IMG/VR virus record: IMGVR_UViG_3300028591_000085
Span: 1-64,000 of that record
Source: a virus
Lineage: Duplodnaviria; Caudoviricetes
Direction: 5' to 3' (one strand)
DNA length: 64,000 nucleotides
A model generated the notes under the pieces. It saw only the letters and a program-made list of their open reading frames with translations, was not told the origin of the DNA and ran no database searches. A program made the translations under genes and the position numbers. This document shows, one piece after another, positions 42,502 through 50,400 of the stretch; position 1 is the first letter of the stretch, and every line of letters begins with the position of its first letter.

Positions 42502-42511
42502 AAATAATATA
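42502..42511 (-). promoter_or_regulatory. Early-type promoter TATATTATTT
   Basis: Exact motif. Confidence 0.55.
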
Positions 42512-42580
42512 ATAAAGTATATAACTTCTACACAATATAATATTATATAATAAAAACCGTAAAGTCGGTTTTTTCGATGA

Positions 42581-42590
42581 TATACTATTT
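42581..42590 (+). promoter_or_regulatory. Early-type promoter TATACTATTT
   Basis: One mismatch to consensus, precedes structured leader copy 1. Confidence 0.55.
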
Positions 42591-42606
42591 ATGTGCCATA
42601 ATGATA

Positions 42607-42687
42607 TTGTCAATAATATCATTACCAACTTACGCATTCCGATTGATGGAAAGTAAGACGTAAGGTTTCGTGTAATGATTGAGACAA
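42607..42687 (+). ncRNA. Structured 5' leader RNA, copy 1 (unclassified)
   Basis: Nested stems ttgtc/gacaa, atcattac/gtaatgat, cttacg/cgtaag, ttcc/ggaa; covaries with copy 2. Confidence 0.75.
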
Positions 42688-42712
42688 AATAAATTTTAAA
42701 GGAGGAATCATT

Positions 42713-43066
42713 ATGACAAAAATCGTAAACCTCACTCCCCACATGGTAACCATCATGGGCGAGGGCAACAAGTTTGCCCTCAATATCGAGCCATCTGGCA
42801 AGTTGGCTCGTGTATCCGCTACGACCGTAGTCGTAGGTGAGATAGAGGTGAGGACCGACATACGGACGACGTTTAAGGTACCCATAACGACAACCCGTTA
42901 CGGGGAGGTTGAGGGACTCCCCGATCCCGCGCCTGATACTATCTACGTAGTATCCTCCCTTGTCGCGGGACGTGTCCCCGACAGGGAGGATGTTTTCATC
43001 CCGAACGAGTCCGTTCGGGATGACGAGGGGAGGATCATCGGATGCCGTTCCCTCGGCCACATCTGA
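42713..43066 (+). CDS. NLTPH-family protein, probable Crn4-like cyclic oligoadenylate ring nuclease (candidate anti-type III CRISPR)
   Basis: NLTPH...PSGKLARV...YGEVEGLP...IYVVSSLVA...REDVFIP...VRDDEGRIIGCRSL; RBS AAAGGAGG; ~55% GC. Crn4 label is from recollection of the family motif. Confidence 0.65.
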   Translation: MTKIVNLTPHMVTIMGEGNKFALNIEPSGKLARVSATTVVVGEIEVRTDIRTTFKVPITTTRYGEVEGLPDPAPDTIYVVSSLVAGRVPDREDVFIPNESVRDDEGRIIGCRSLGHI

Positions 43067-43075
43067 TGACCTAAA

Positions 43076-43410
43076 CCACATGAAAGGAGGTGATTAACAT
43101 GTGGAATTAATTAGCACCCATCCCCAAAGGGTGAACGTGGTTTCTATACTGACACGTAAAAAAGTATAGCGTTGATAGTTTCGTAAAACTATAGATATCC
43201 GTCATACTTTGTATGGTCCAGAGCTCGCTAGTGGGAGTAACTGGTGAAAAGGAAGAAAGAAGTAATACTATGCGAGTTAGTATTATGAGCGCTCACTAGA
43301 AATGCCGAACATCTTGGGGTGGAAGATACGTATAAGAATCAGAAATGTACGGCGCATTTCTGTTACATAACTAAAAATAAGTTGAAGTTCTCGCATCAAC
43401 TTATTTTTTT
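43076..43410 (+). ncRNA. Highly structured ~335-nt non-coding RNA (unclassified), ending in a terminator
   Basis: About eight hairpins plus five loop-mediated pairings; no long ORF. Confidence 0.7.
43373..43410 (+). terminator. Intrinsic terminator
   Basis: aaaaataagttga / tcaacttattttttt. Confidence 0.85.
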
Positions 43411-43464
43411 ATAATTTTTTATATAATCAAATTTACTCATTCGTATTTTGTTTTTTTGTATATA

Positions 43465-43474
43465 TATATTATTT
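43465..43474 (+). promoter_or_regulatory. Early-type promoter TATATTATTT
   Basis: Exact motif, precedes structured leader copy 2. Confidence 0.6.
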
Positions 43475-43494
43475 ATTTAGTCATATTGATAATA

Positions 43495-43570
43495 TACCAA
43501 TAGAACTATACCAACTTATGCATTCCTAATAGAGGATATTAGTCATAAGGTGTCGAGTATAGTTATGGTA
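43495..43570 (+). ncRNA. Structured 5' leader RNA, copy 2 (unclassified)
   Basis: tacca/tggta, aactatac/gtatagtt, cttatg/cataag, tcct/agga. Confidence 0.75.
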
Positions 43571-43594
43571 AATAAAAAATAAGGAGGTATCATT

Positions 43595-43903
43595 ATGACT
43601 GATAAGAACATATTCGAAATAGCCTCAAACGATGCTGAGGCTAACCAACTCATGGAGAAGGTTTTTTATGCATCAAAAACCTTCAACGACACTCTGTTCT
43701 CGATCAAATATTTGATCGAGAACAGATACAATAATAAAGCTCCTGGATCAATGATTGAGCTGCTCTATCAGCTCAAAGGTATGGCAGAAAAGTTAATAGT
43801 ATCTGCCGAAATCATTTCCGACTTCGGTCATATGCTGGCCGAAGTCAAGGCTTTGAGCGAAAATGATTCAGTCGAAGCTGAGGAAGCTAAGACTGAGGGC
43901 TAA
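43595..43903 (+). CDS. Early hypothetical protein (helical, acidic)
   Basis: 102 aa, RBS AAGGAGG, GC above background. Confidence 0.8.
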   Translation: MTDKNIFEIASNDAEANQLMEKVFYASKTFNDTLFSIKYLIENRYNNKAPGSMIELLYQLKGMAEKLIVSAEIISDFGHMLAEVKALSENDSVEAEEAKTEG

Positions 43904-43909
43904 AAGATA

Positions 43910-43955
43910 AGGACTCCCCGAACAATCTGGTGTTCGTTCGGGGAGTCTTTTTTTT
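43910..43955 (+). terminator. Intrinsic terminator
   Basis: gactccccgaac / gttcggggagtc followed by a T-run. Confidence 0.9.
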
Positions 43956-46900
43956 TAATCTTTTTTGTCATAAATTTCTTTTAAGCTTCTTTTTAATTCT
44001 ATAATGCATTTATTACCAAGTGCTGTTAACAATATACTCGGTGTCATACGTTTTAAAATACTATTAGAAGCTATTATTGTACTAACTTCTTCTTCGGGTC
44101 TATAACTACTCCAGGGTTCATATCCTGCAGGAATTATTTCACCAATGGTATTCTTAAGAGCAGTAAAATTGGCTATCTTGGAGCCAACTTCTAGAGGTTC
44201 AGAGTGTTTTACATAGAACTCTATAAGTACTCCACCCTCTTCAATTTTTTCTCCTTTAATAACACCAAATTTATTGGGTTCAATTTTTTTACTTGTTTCA
44301 TTAACAAGTAAACCACATTTAACTATACTACCAGCTGAGTCCGGATCATACTTTTCTAAGAACTTTTTCTTAGAATTTATAGTACTATAATAATTACTTA
44401 CAATCTTTCTTAATGAAGGTGAAAGCTCATCAAGTTCAACTGTAGAATATATCTTAATTTCTTCAATTACTCCTGAATATTTGGAATGAATGTCATTCCT
44501 ACTCCCTTCAAGAATAGTAGATTGTTCCTCTTGACTAAGATTTGCAAGTAAAGTATTCAATGAATTATCTTCAAATGAAGTATCAAATTGAATCAAGCTG
44601 TCTCCTACTTTTATTTCTTGACCTTTTTTAACCATATATTCAACGTTAGCATTTTTACCAATTACAACACTCTTTAAGAAACACATCTCTGTTGCAGCTT
44701 CATCTGATAATTTTTCAGTTATCATTGTAGCATCTTGATAAGTGTTATAAGTAGACATGATTGCAACTTTAGTAAGTGTTCCCATGTTCATTCTGCAATT
44801 ATTAAACTTATCATTGGTAAAGAAGTCTTTATGATAAGCTAATACAGAATCTTTCTTAAACTTATCTCCAACTTTTAATGTAGTAATTAATTGGTTACTC
44901 AAGAAGAAACCACCGCCACCATTTTTAACAATAGTATGACCTAGGTTAACAGCTTGACATTTCCCAGAGTTATATTTAACTATCATTATATCATCTTTAT
45001 AATCTACTACAATACCATCTTCAGCAGCATTGACAGCAAAGTCTGATGATAATTGGAAACGACAAACTTCTTCCATACCATTAGATATTAATACAGGGGA
45101 TGATTTCTTTACAGGAATAGTATGTTTAGATTGTTTTAATGCGTGTCCAAGACGAGTAGGGTCATCATTAGTAGCACCTAAAGGTATAGTTAATTCAGCA
45201 GGTGAGAATACATCTACATCGTGTAACGTATCCAATTTTTCATTTTTTGAATCAACGTAATTTAAATCAACATATCCACGTAACGACGTTATTGAAGGAT
45301 TAAACGTAAGAGTCTTGCTTACACCACAAGAACCGTCAGGAGATGTTGACGGTGATATAACACCTATCGAGGTCTTATCAAAAGTTCTTTTAGGAACTGT
45401 ATAAGATTCATCAAGGTTAGCACCTCTAAATCCTTTACTAGAAATACCACGGAACATTTCCATTTCAAGTGTTGGATTAAGTGTGGAATAATCTTCAACA
45501 GTTTTTAATGCAATAAGTTCTTTTATTACACAATCCTGAGGTACTGAATATGCTTTTTTACCGTTACTATTTCTATATAAAATATATTTCTTAGCAAGAC
45601 GCTCATAAAGAATAGCAGGTATTATTTCATTACATCTAATTCTTGATAGTCCCTGATTTATTTCAGGAGTATATTGAGAATCAGATAATAATGATACAGC
45701 GTATATGATTATCTCTATTAAGTCATAAGGAATATTAATATCTTTACATACTTCCACAGTTATGGGGTCCATCATAAATTCATACACGTTAAGTAATGCA
45801 TTTGCAATTGCAGCTTTACCCCAAACTTTTATTAAATATGGCATATATGGTTCTTTAGTATCCATTTCAGAGATTTTATAATTCTGAGTATCTAAGAATC
45901 TGTATCCATTTATTAATAAATCAATACCAACTGTAGATTCGTATACAAGATAGCAATCTGCAAATCTTAAATAGCTTTCATTAGGTTTAAGCTCAGGAAA
46001 CTTATCGTCAAGTCTATATTTAACTTTTCCTTTTTTAAGTAATGATGATAAACCTTCCCAAAATCCCAATAATAAACCAACAGCAACATACTGTTCAAGA
46101 ACTTTTGCTCTGGTATACATAAGTCTCTTAGGAGCTCTAGTAGATTCATATACATGTTTTTCTTCATCAGATAAAGCATTTAACATAATATAAACTATGG
46201 TATCATTATTATCAGTTTTTTGAGTTTCCTCATTTATATAAATAGGAGAACCGCTTTTATCTAAACCAATAAAGATATATCCTTTCTTCATGGGTATATC
46301 TCTTTTTTTAGCAAATTCTATTGCTTCATTCTGGTTAAATAAAATTTCAGTCTTTCCTTTTTTAAACTTTATCGCAATCTTAGAAAGTTCATCATACTCT
46401 ACTGTAGTAATAAACTTATTGTTTATTGAGATACAGTTTCCATATGTAAAGTATTTCTTTATTTCATCTGACTTTTTCAATACAGTTTTAAGTCTTTCTA
46501 TAGATGATAAAGATTTAGTTCCAACTCGTTCAATAAACATCTTATTGTAGTTAGTTGTTAACTGAACTATATTTGAACTAGTCTTCACAACTGGATATAA
46601 TAAGTTTTGTTTTTTGATAACTTTTCTATTGCCACCTATATAAATAAATTTATCTTCTATAAATTTAGGTATATCAACCTTAATTGTATGACGTTTTCTA
46701 TTAGTATCTTCAAGATAAATAGTATATGTATCTTTATAATTTAACTCATCAGACGAATCTTGAATTTTTATATCTCTAACAAACATGGGAAGAGACTTAT
46801 TATTTAATGAAAGAATTGCATCAGTTATATCTTTCGGCATTAATTTTTCATTATATTCCTTATCAAAATTATCAAATTTCAGTTGCGTCACATTTTTATT

Positions 46901-48307
46901 ACTTGTTCTAACAGATGCCGATACATCGTGAGTAGGTATTTGGATATGAGAAGCTTGAATTTTCTCAATTTCTTTGATTGTCATTCCTTTTATTTTAAGA
47001 TCAGCTTGCGCTTTCCTAAGTTCTTCATCTCTTGCTGTTGATGCAGTCTTCTTAGGAACAACGGGTGAAATCACTTCATCATAAATTGTATTTAATAATT
47101 CTTTATCAGAATCTATGTCATTTTCCAATTTAGTCTGTACTGCTGTTTTTATATTATCGGATGTTAAACTCTTAGTATATGCATCCGGAGCAATCTTCTC
47201 AACTTCATTTCTTATCGCAACAGCTTTTGCTCTAATTGCATTATAAACTTTATCACTACCAGTTATAACTTTTCTATCACCAAGAGTAGATTTTGAAACA
47301 GTGGGTCTTTCAACCTTATTTGACGATGGTTTATATGTTGCTTTAGATTCATCTTGTTTAACTTCATCTAAAGATGTTATAATAGTATTATTTTTAGTAT
47401 TATTAATACTATTATTCAATTCACCAATAGTATTTTCAACAGCTTCATCCTTCTTAATCTGCTCTTCATTAACTGCGTCATTAAAGAATGATACATTTGA
47501 ATATAGTCTATTCATTTCTCTACGGAAAATTGTATATGTTTTCTTATCACAATTATATGGATTGAACTTTAAGCTCTTTTTATCAGTAAACATATAGAAA
47601 TCAATATTTAATGCTGTAATCATATCAGGATATTTAAGTAATGTATAGTATAGCATAAAGACAGGATTTGTCATATTCTCTTTCAAATTTTTATACATAG
47701 GATAATTTGAAACATCAATTAAAACAAATCTATTTTGATATGCTGTCAGATTAGGAGCAAATAATATACTTCTTAAATAATCCCAGTACATTTTAATCTT
47801 TCTAACTGGTGAAATTTTTTCACACAGTGTTAAAAAGATATTCATATGCTTTGATAAATCATAGTATAGATTCCTATCATCTTTACCATCAATAGCAAGT
47901 TTTATATAAGGATGAATTTTATTTTGTGATTTTGACAATACCTTTTTATATAATTCTTTACGTAAATCAAGCTCACGTATTCTAAATGTTTTTCCATACA
48001 ATTTACCACTATACATCGGGTTATAATAGTAATAGAAATATTTATTTGCATTGACAAAGTTTATGGTATTTGTCATTAAATTAAGAGATTCATCTGTATT
48101 ATTGGTATATAAAAAACAAAGGTTTCCTCTATTCCCATTAGTACCTTTAGGTAACGTAATTTTTTTATTTATTAATTTTAAATATGGTACATTATCAGGG
48201 TAAACTGCTTCCATCATTACATCATTTTCGCTATCAATATCTGTAACAACTTCAGTCATGAGTTCTTCTTCCTGTTTACCATTTATAACATCGAAAAATA
48301 AACTCAA
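43955..48307 (-). CDS. Phage multisubunit RNA polymerase beta-like subunit (probably virion RNAP)
   Basis: SPSTSPDGSCG (cf. CPIETPEGPNIG), NDDPTRLGHALKQSKHTIP (cf. HDDANRALMGSNMQRQAVP), YNTYQDA (cf. GYNFED), GSKIANFTALKNT (cf. GDKMAGRHGNKGV), KRM (cf. SRM). Confidence 0.9.
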   Translation of the reverse strand: MSLFFDVINGKQEEELMTEVVTDIDSENDVMMEAVYPDNVPYLKLINKKITLPKGTNGNRGNLCFLYTNNTDESLNLMTNTINFVNANKYFYYYYNPMYSGKLYGKTFRIRELDLRKELYKKVLSKSQNKIHPYIKLAIDGKDDRNLYYDLSKHMNIFLTLCEKISPVRKIKMYWDYLRSILFAPNLTAYQNRFVLIDVSNYPMYKNLKENMTNPVFMLYYTLLKYPDMITALNIDFYMFTDKKSLKFNPYNCDKKTYTIFRREMNRLYSNVSFFNDAVNEEQIKKDEAVENTIGELNNSINNTKNNTIITSLDEVKQDESKATYKPSSNKVERPTVSKSTLGDRKVITGSDKVYNAIRAKAVAIRNEVEKIAPDAYTKSLTSDNIKTAVQTKLENDIDSDKELLNTIYDEVISPVVPKKTASTARDEELRKAQADLKIKGMTIKEIEKIQASHIQIPTHDVSASVRTSNKNVTQLKFDNFDKEYNEKLMPKDITDAILSLNNKSLPMFVRDIKIQDSSDELNYKDTYTIYLEDTNRKRHTIKVDIPKFIEDKFIYIGGNRKVIKKQNLLYPVVKTSSNIVQLTTNYNKMFIERVGTKSLSSIERLKTVLKKSDEIKKYFTYGNCISINNKFITTVEYDELSKIAIKFKKGKTEILFNQNEAIEFAKKRDIPMKKGYIFIGLDKSGSPIYINEETQKTDNNDTIVYIMLNALSDEEKHVYESTRAPKRLMYTRAKVLEQYVAVGLLLGFWEGLSSLLKKGKVKYRLDDKFPELKPNESYLRFADCYLVYESTVGIDLLINGYRFLDTQNYKISEMDTKEPYMPYLIKVWGKAAIANALLNVYEFMMDPITVEVCKDINIPYDLIEIIIYAVSLLSDSQYTPEINQGLSRIRCNEIIPAILYERLAKKYILYRNSNGKKAYSVPQDCVIKELIALKTVEDYSTLNPTLEMEMFRGISSKGFRGANLDESYTVPKRTFDKTSIGVISPSTSPDGSCGVSKTLTFNPSITSLRGYVDLNYVDSKNEKLDTLHDVDVFSPAELTIPLGATNDDPTRLGHALKQSKHTIPVKKSSPVLISNGMEEVCRFQLSSDFAVNAAEDGIVVDYKDDIMIVKYNSGKCQAVNLGHTIVKNGGGGFFLSNQLITTLKVGDKFKKDSVLAYHKDFFTNDKFNNCRMNMGTLTKVAIMSTYNTYQDATMITEKLSDEAATEMCFLKSVVIGKNANVEYMVKKGQEIKVGDSLIQFDTSFEDNSLNTLLANLSQEEQSTILEGSRNDIHSKYSGVIEEIKIYSTVELDELSPSLRKIVSNYYSTINSKKKFLEKYDPDSAGSIVKCGLLVNETSKKIEPNKFGVIKGEKIEEGGVLIEFYVKHSEPLEVGSKIANFTALKNTIGEIIPAGYEPWSSYRPEEEVSTIIASNSILKRMTPSILLTALGNKCIIELKRSLKEIYDKKD

Positions 48308-48336
48308 AAGAAAACACTCCTTTCAAATAAAAAATA

Positions 48337-48349
48337 TTATACCAATGTT
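48337..48349 (-). promoter_or_regulatory. Late-type promoter AACA-N6-TAA
   Basis: AACAttggtaTAA. Confidence 0.65.
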
Positions 48350-48373
48350 TTGGGGTCGGTTTTTCAATAAAAA

Positions 48374-48405
48374 AGATGTAGGGATTTATGTAAATCCCTA
48401 CATCT
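48374..48405 (-). terminator. Intrinsic terminator
   Basis: agatgtagggattta / taaatccctacatct. Confidence 0.85.
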
Positions 48406-48410
48406 ATTAA

Positions 48411-50351
48411 TTAATCGTTGAAATAATTCATATTAATGCTACTCATCATATCATCATACATTTCTTCTAACGACTCTTGAACTTGCATTCTGCCTTTTCT
48501 ATCAGCAGTGACAACTTCACTATCACTCTTATTTTTATCAGGTAAATTATCAACCCACGTTTTTAACGTGCTCATATACTTACCCTTCCACTTAGTGAAA
48601 GCTTCGTTAGGAGTACCATCAGAATCTCTGTAAGGTTCAGGAATTATATCCAGATAATCTTTAGAGCCATTAACTTCTTTCCAACACCAATACTTAGGAG
48701 CAGGAGGGAAATCATAATCCTGGTCAAATTGTATTCTAGCATCAGAATAAAGTTTATTATAATAAACCCCATCTCTTTTATCGTCTTCTTTTTTCCTTAA
48801 ACCATGATGGCCTGCAGATGAGTATTTGGTCTTATAACCTTTTTGATTTAATACTTCGATAATGGGTTTCATATCATTATCAATATTAGCAGCTTCATTA
48901 ATAGATTCAGTTGCTACCATTTCTTGAGCTACATCATTTATATGATTTTTGATATATCGAATTTTATTAGTATATGCGACTATAGCATCGATATTATTAT
49001 CATTCATAGCTTCATCGAGTTTAGATTCGTATAACGAAATAATTTGTAATTCAGGAGTTAAATCGTTATTACCATCACGCAACTCATCTAGTTCAGATAT
49101 CATGCTCTCAAGCGCAGTTTTATCTGTTTTACTCGTTGACTTATTGTCTTCTTTCTTTTCATCTTTATTCTTTTCATATTCCGCAAAATCTTTACCTATT
49201 TTTTTAATCTTTTCTTTATCTTTCTTTTCGTTCTTTTCTCTATTTTTATCATTCAATTCTTTTTCTGTTGTTTTAATAAAAGCATTAAGTTCTTTTACTT
49301 CATCATTAGTAAGCTCTTTTTGTAACTCTCTCAGCTTCTTCTCTTTTTCAATTAAAGATCGCTTTAATTCAGCAAGTGTCTTTTCATCTAAATTAAATTT
49401 AGATTTAAACTTAATTTTGTTTTTAATAATTGCTTTATCTAAAGCTACCTTTTTAATTTTAGCAGGAAGAACTATACGAGTTTTAACTTTAGCTGCAAGA
49501 CTCCTGATAACATCTTCTGTAGTATAGTTATATTCTATTTCATCATTATTGATGTAATCGAGTACAGATTCTATTTCAACATCATCAGGTAACTCAATGC
49601 CTTCATAATTATCCGGATCAGTTTGAGTTTTATCTTCAATAGAATCATCTAATGTTTTCACATCCTTTATTACAGATTCAGGATCTCCTAATCCCTCAGT
49701 AGACCCCGTCTGAGGAAGCATATTAGCAATAAAATTCTCATCTATAGTAGGTTCTGAAGTTTCAGATTTTATATTTGAAGGTTCATTTAAGTCAGTATCA
49801 TCAGACGATAAATATTCATCATTATCATCATCAGAATCTTCTACAACTAAATTAGCTATATTTGATAATATAGTTGTGCCATTTTCAAGAATAAAATCAG
49901 AAATACTACTTTCCATAATTTCATCTCTCTTACTCTCCTTAGCAACAGCGGGTGGCTTTATAGTTGCAAAATAAACACTTCTAGGACCGTAATCAACACG
50001 ACATTTGTTTTCATATTCATTTATAATATCACGAACCTTATCGGTTTTAGCGGCTGATATCATAGATTTATAAAACCCATTAACTTCATCAAGTTCCTTT
50101 TTCATAGATACTATCATATCCTTATATTCGGGATACTTTTCCTTAAACTTCTTAATCTTCATCTCTAACTTAACTTTTTTAACTATGATTTTTTTAGCGT
50201 CACTATCTATTGGGTATTTAATTTGATTAGTAACCGATTTACCAGCTGCAGTAGTAACAGCACTCATCATAACCGATTCATTAAATTTATCTGAAGAATT
50301 GCGTCTAACTTCATTAATAATACTATCAAGATATTTATCAACGTTAATCAC
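48411..50351 (-). CDS. Putative virion protein with many x-x-E-S/A motifs and a C-terminal ID..MKPII..LN.KGY.T..S.AGH domain
   Basis: 646 aa; late promoter; alternating basic and acidic blocks. Confidence 0.65.
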   Translation of the reverse strand: MINVDKYLDSIINEVRRNSSDKFNESVMMSAVTTAAGKSVTNQIKYPIDSDAKKIIVKKVKLEMKIKKFKEKYPEYKDMIVSMKKELDEVNGFYKSMISAAKTDKVRDIINEYENKCRVDYGPRSVYFATIKPPAVAKESKRDEIMESSISDFILENGTTILSNIANLVVEDSDDDNDEYLSSDDTDLNEPSNIKSETSEPTIDENFIANMLPQTGSTEGLGDPESVIKDVKTLDDSIEDKTQTDPDNYEGIELPDDVEIESVLDYINNDEIEYNYTTEDVIRSLAAKVKTRIVLPAKIKKVALDKAIIKNKIKFKSKFNLDEKTLAELKRSLIEKEKKLRELQKELTNDEVKELNAFIKTTEKELNDKNREKNEKKDKEKIKKIGKDFAEYEKNKDEKKEDNKSTSKTDKTALESMISELDELRDGNNDLTPELQIISLYESKLDEAMNDNNIDAIVAYTNKIRYIKNHINDVAQEMVATESINEAANIDNDMKPIIEVLNQKGYKTKYSSAGHHGLRKKEDDKRDGVYYNKLYSDARIQFDQDYDFPPAPKYWCWKEVNGSKDYLDIIPEPYRDSDGTPNEAFTKWKGKYMSTLKTWVDNLPDKNKSDSEVVTADRKGRMQVQESLEEMYDDMMSSINMNYFND

Positions 50352-50379
50352 TATTAATCATTCCTTTCTTGGAAATATC

Positions 50380-50392
50380 TTATTCTTTTGTT
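50380..50392 (-). promoter_or_regulatory. Late-type promoter AACA-N6-TAA
   Basis: AACAaaagaaTAA. Confidence 0.55.
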
Positions 50393-50400
50393 TTTCACGT

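Noticed and set aside
42607-42687. Twister-sister ribozyme or c-di-GMP riboswitch identity for the leader
   Set aside because: Only the CAA internal loop is similar; the diagnostic loops are missing
42713-43066. AcrIII-1 (DUF1874) identity
   Set aside because: Lacks the YLxNAFS and SxIGH motifs of that family
42419-43081. 220-aa and 87-aa minus-strand ORFs
   Set aside because: Antisense to the GC-rich 42713 gene, which has the RBS and conserved motifs; they run through promoter DNA
43063-43410. Hammerhead, tmRNA, tRNA or group I intron identity
   Set aside because: CTGATGA is present, but I could not build the three hammerhead stems; no acceptor stem/T-arm/CCA, no P7 core, no interrupted gene
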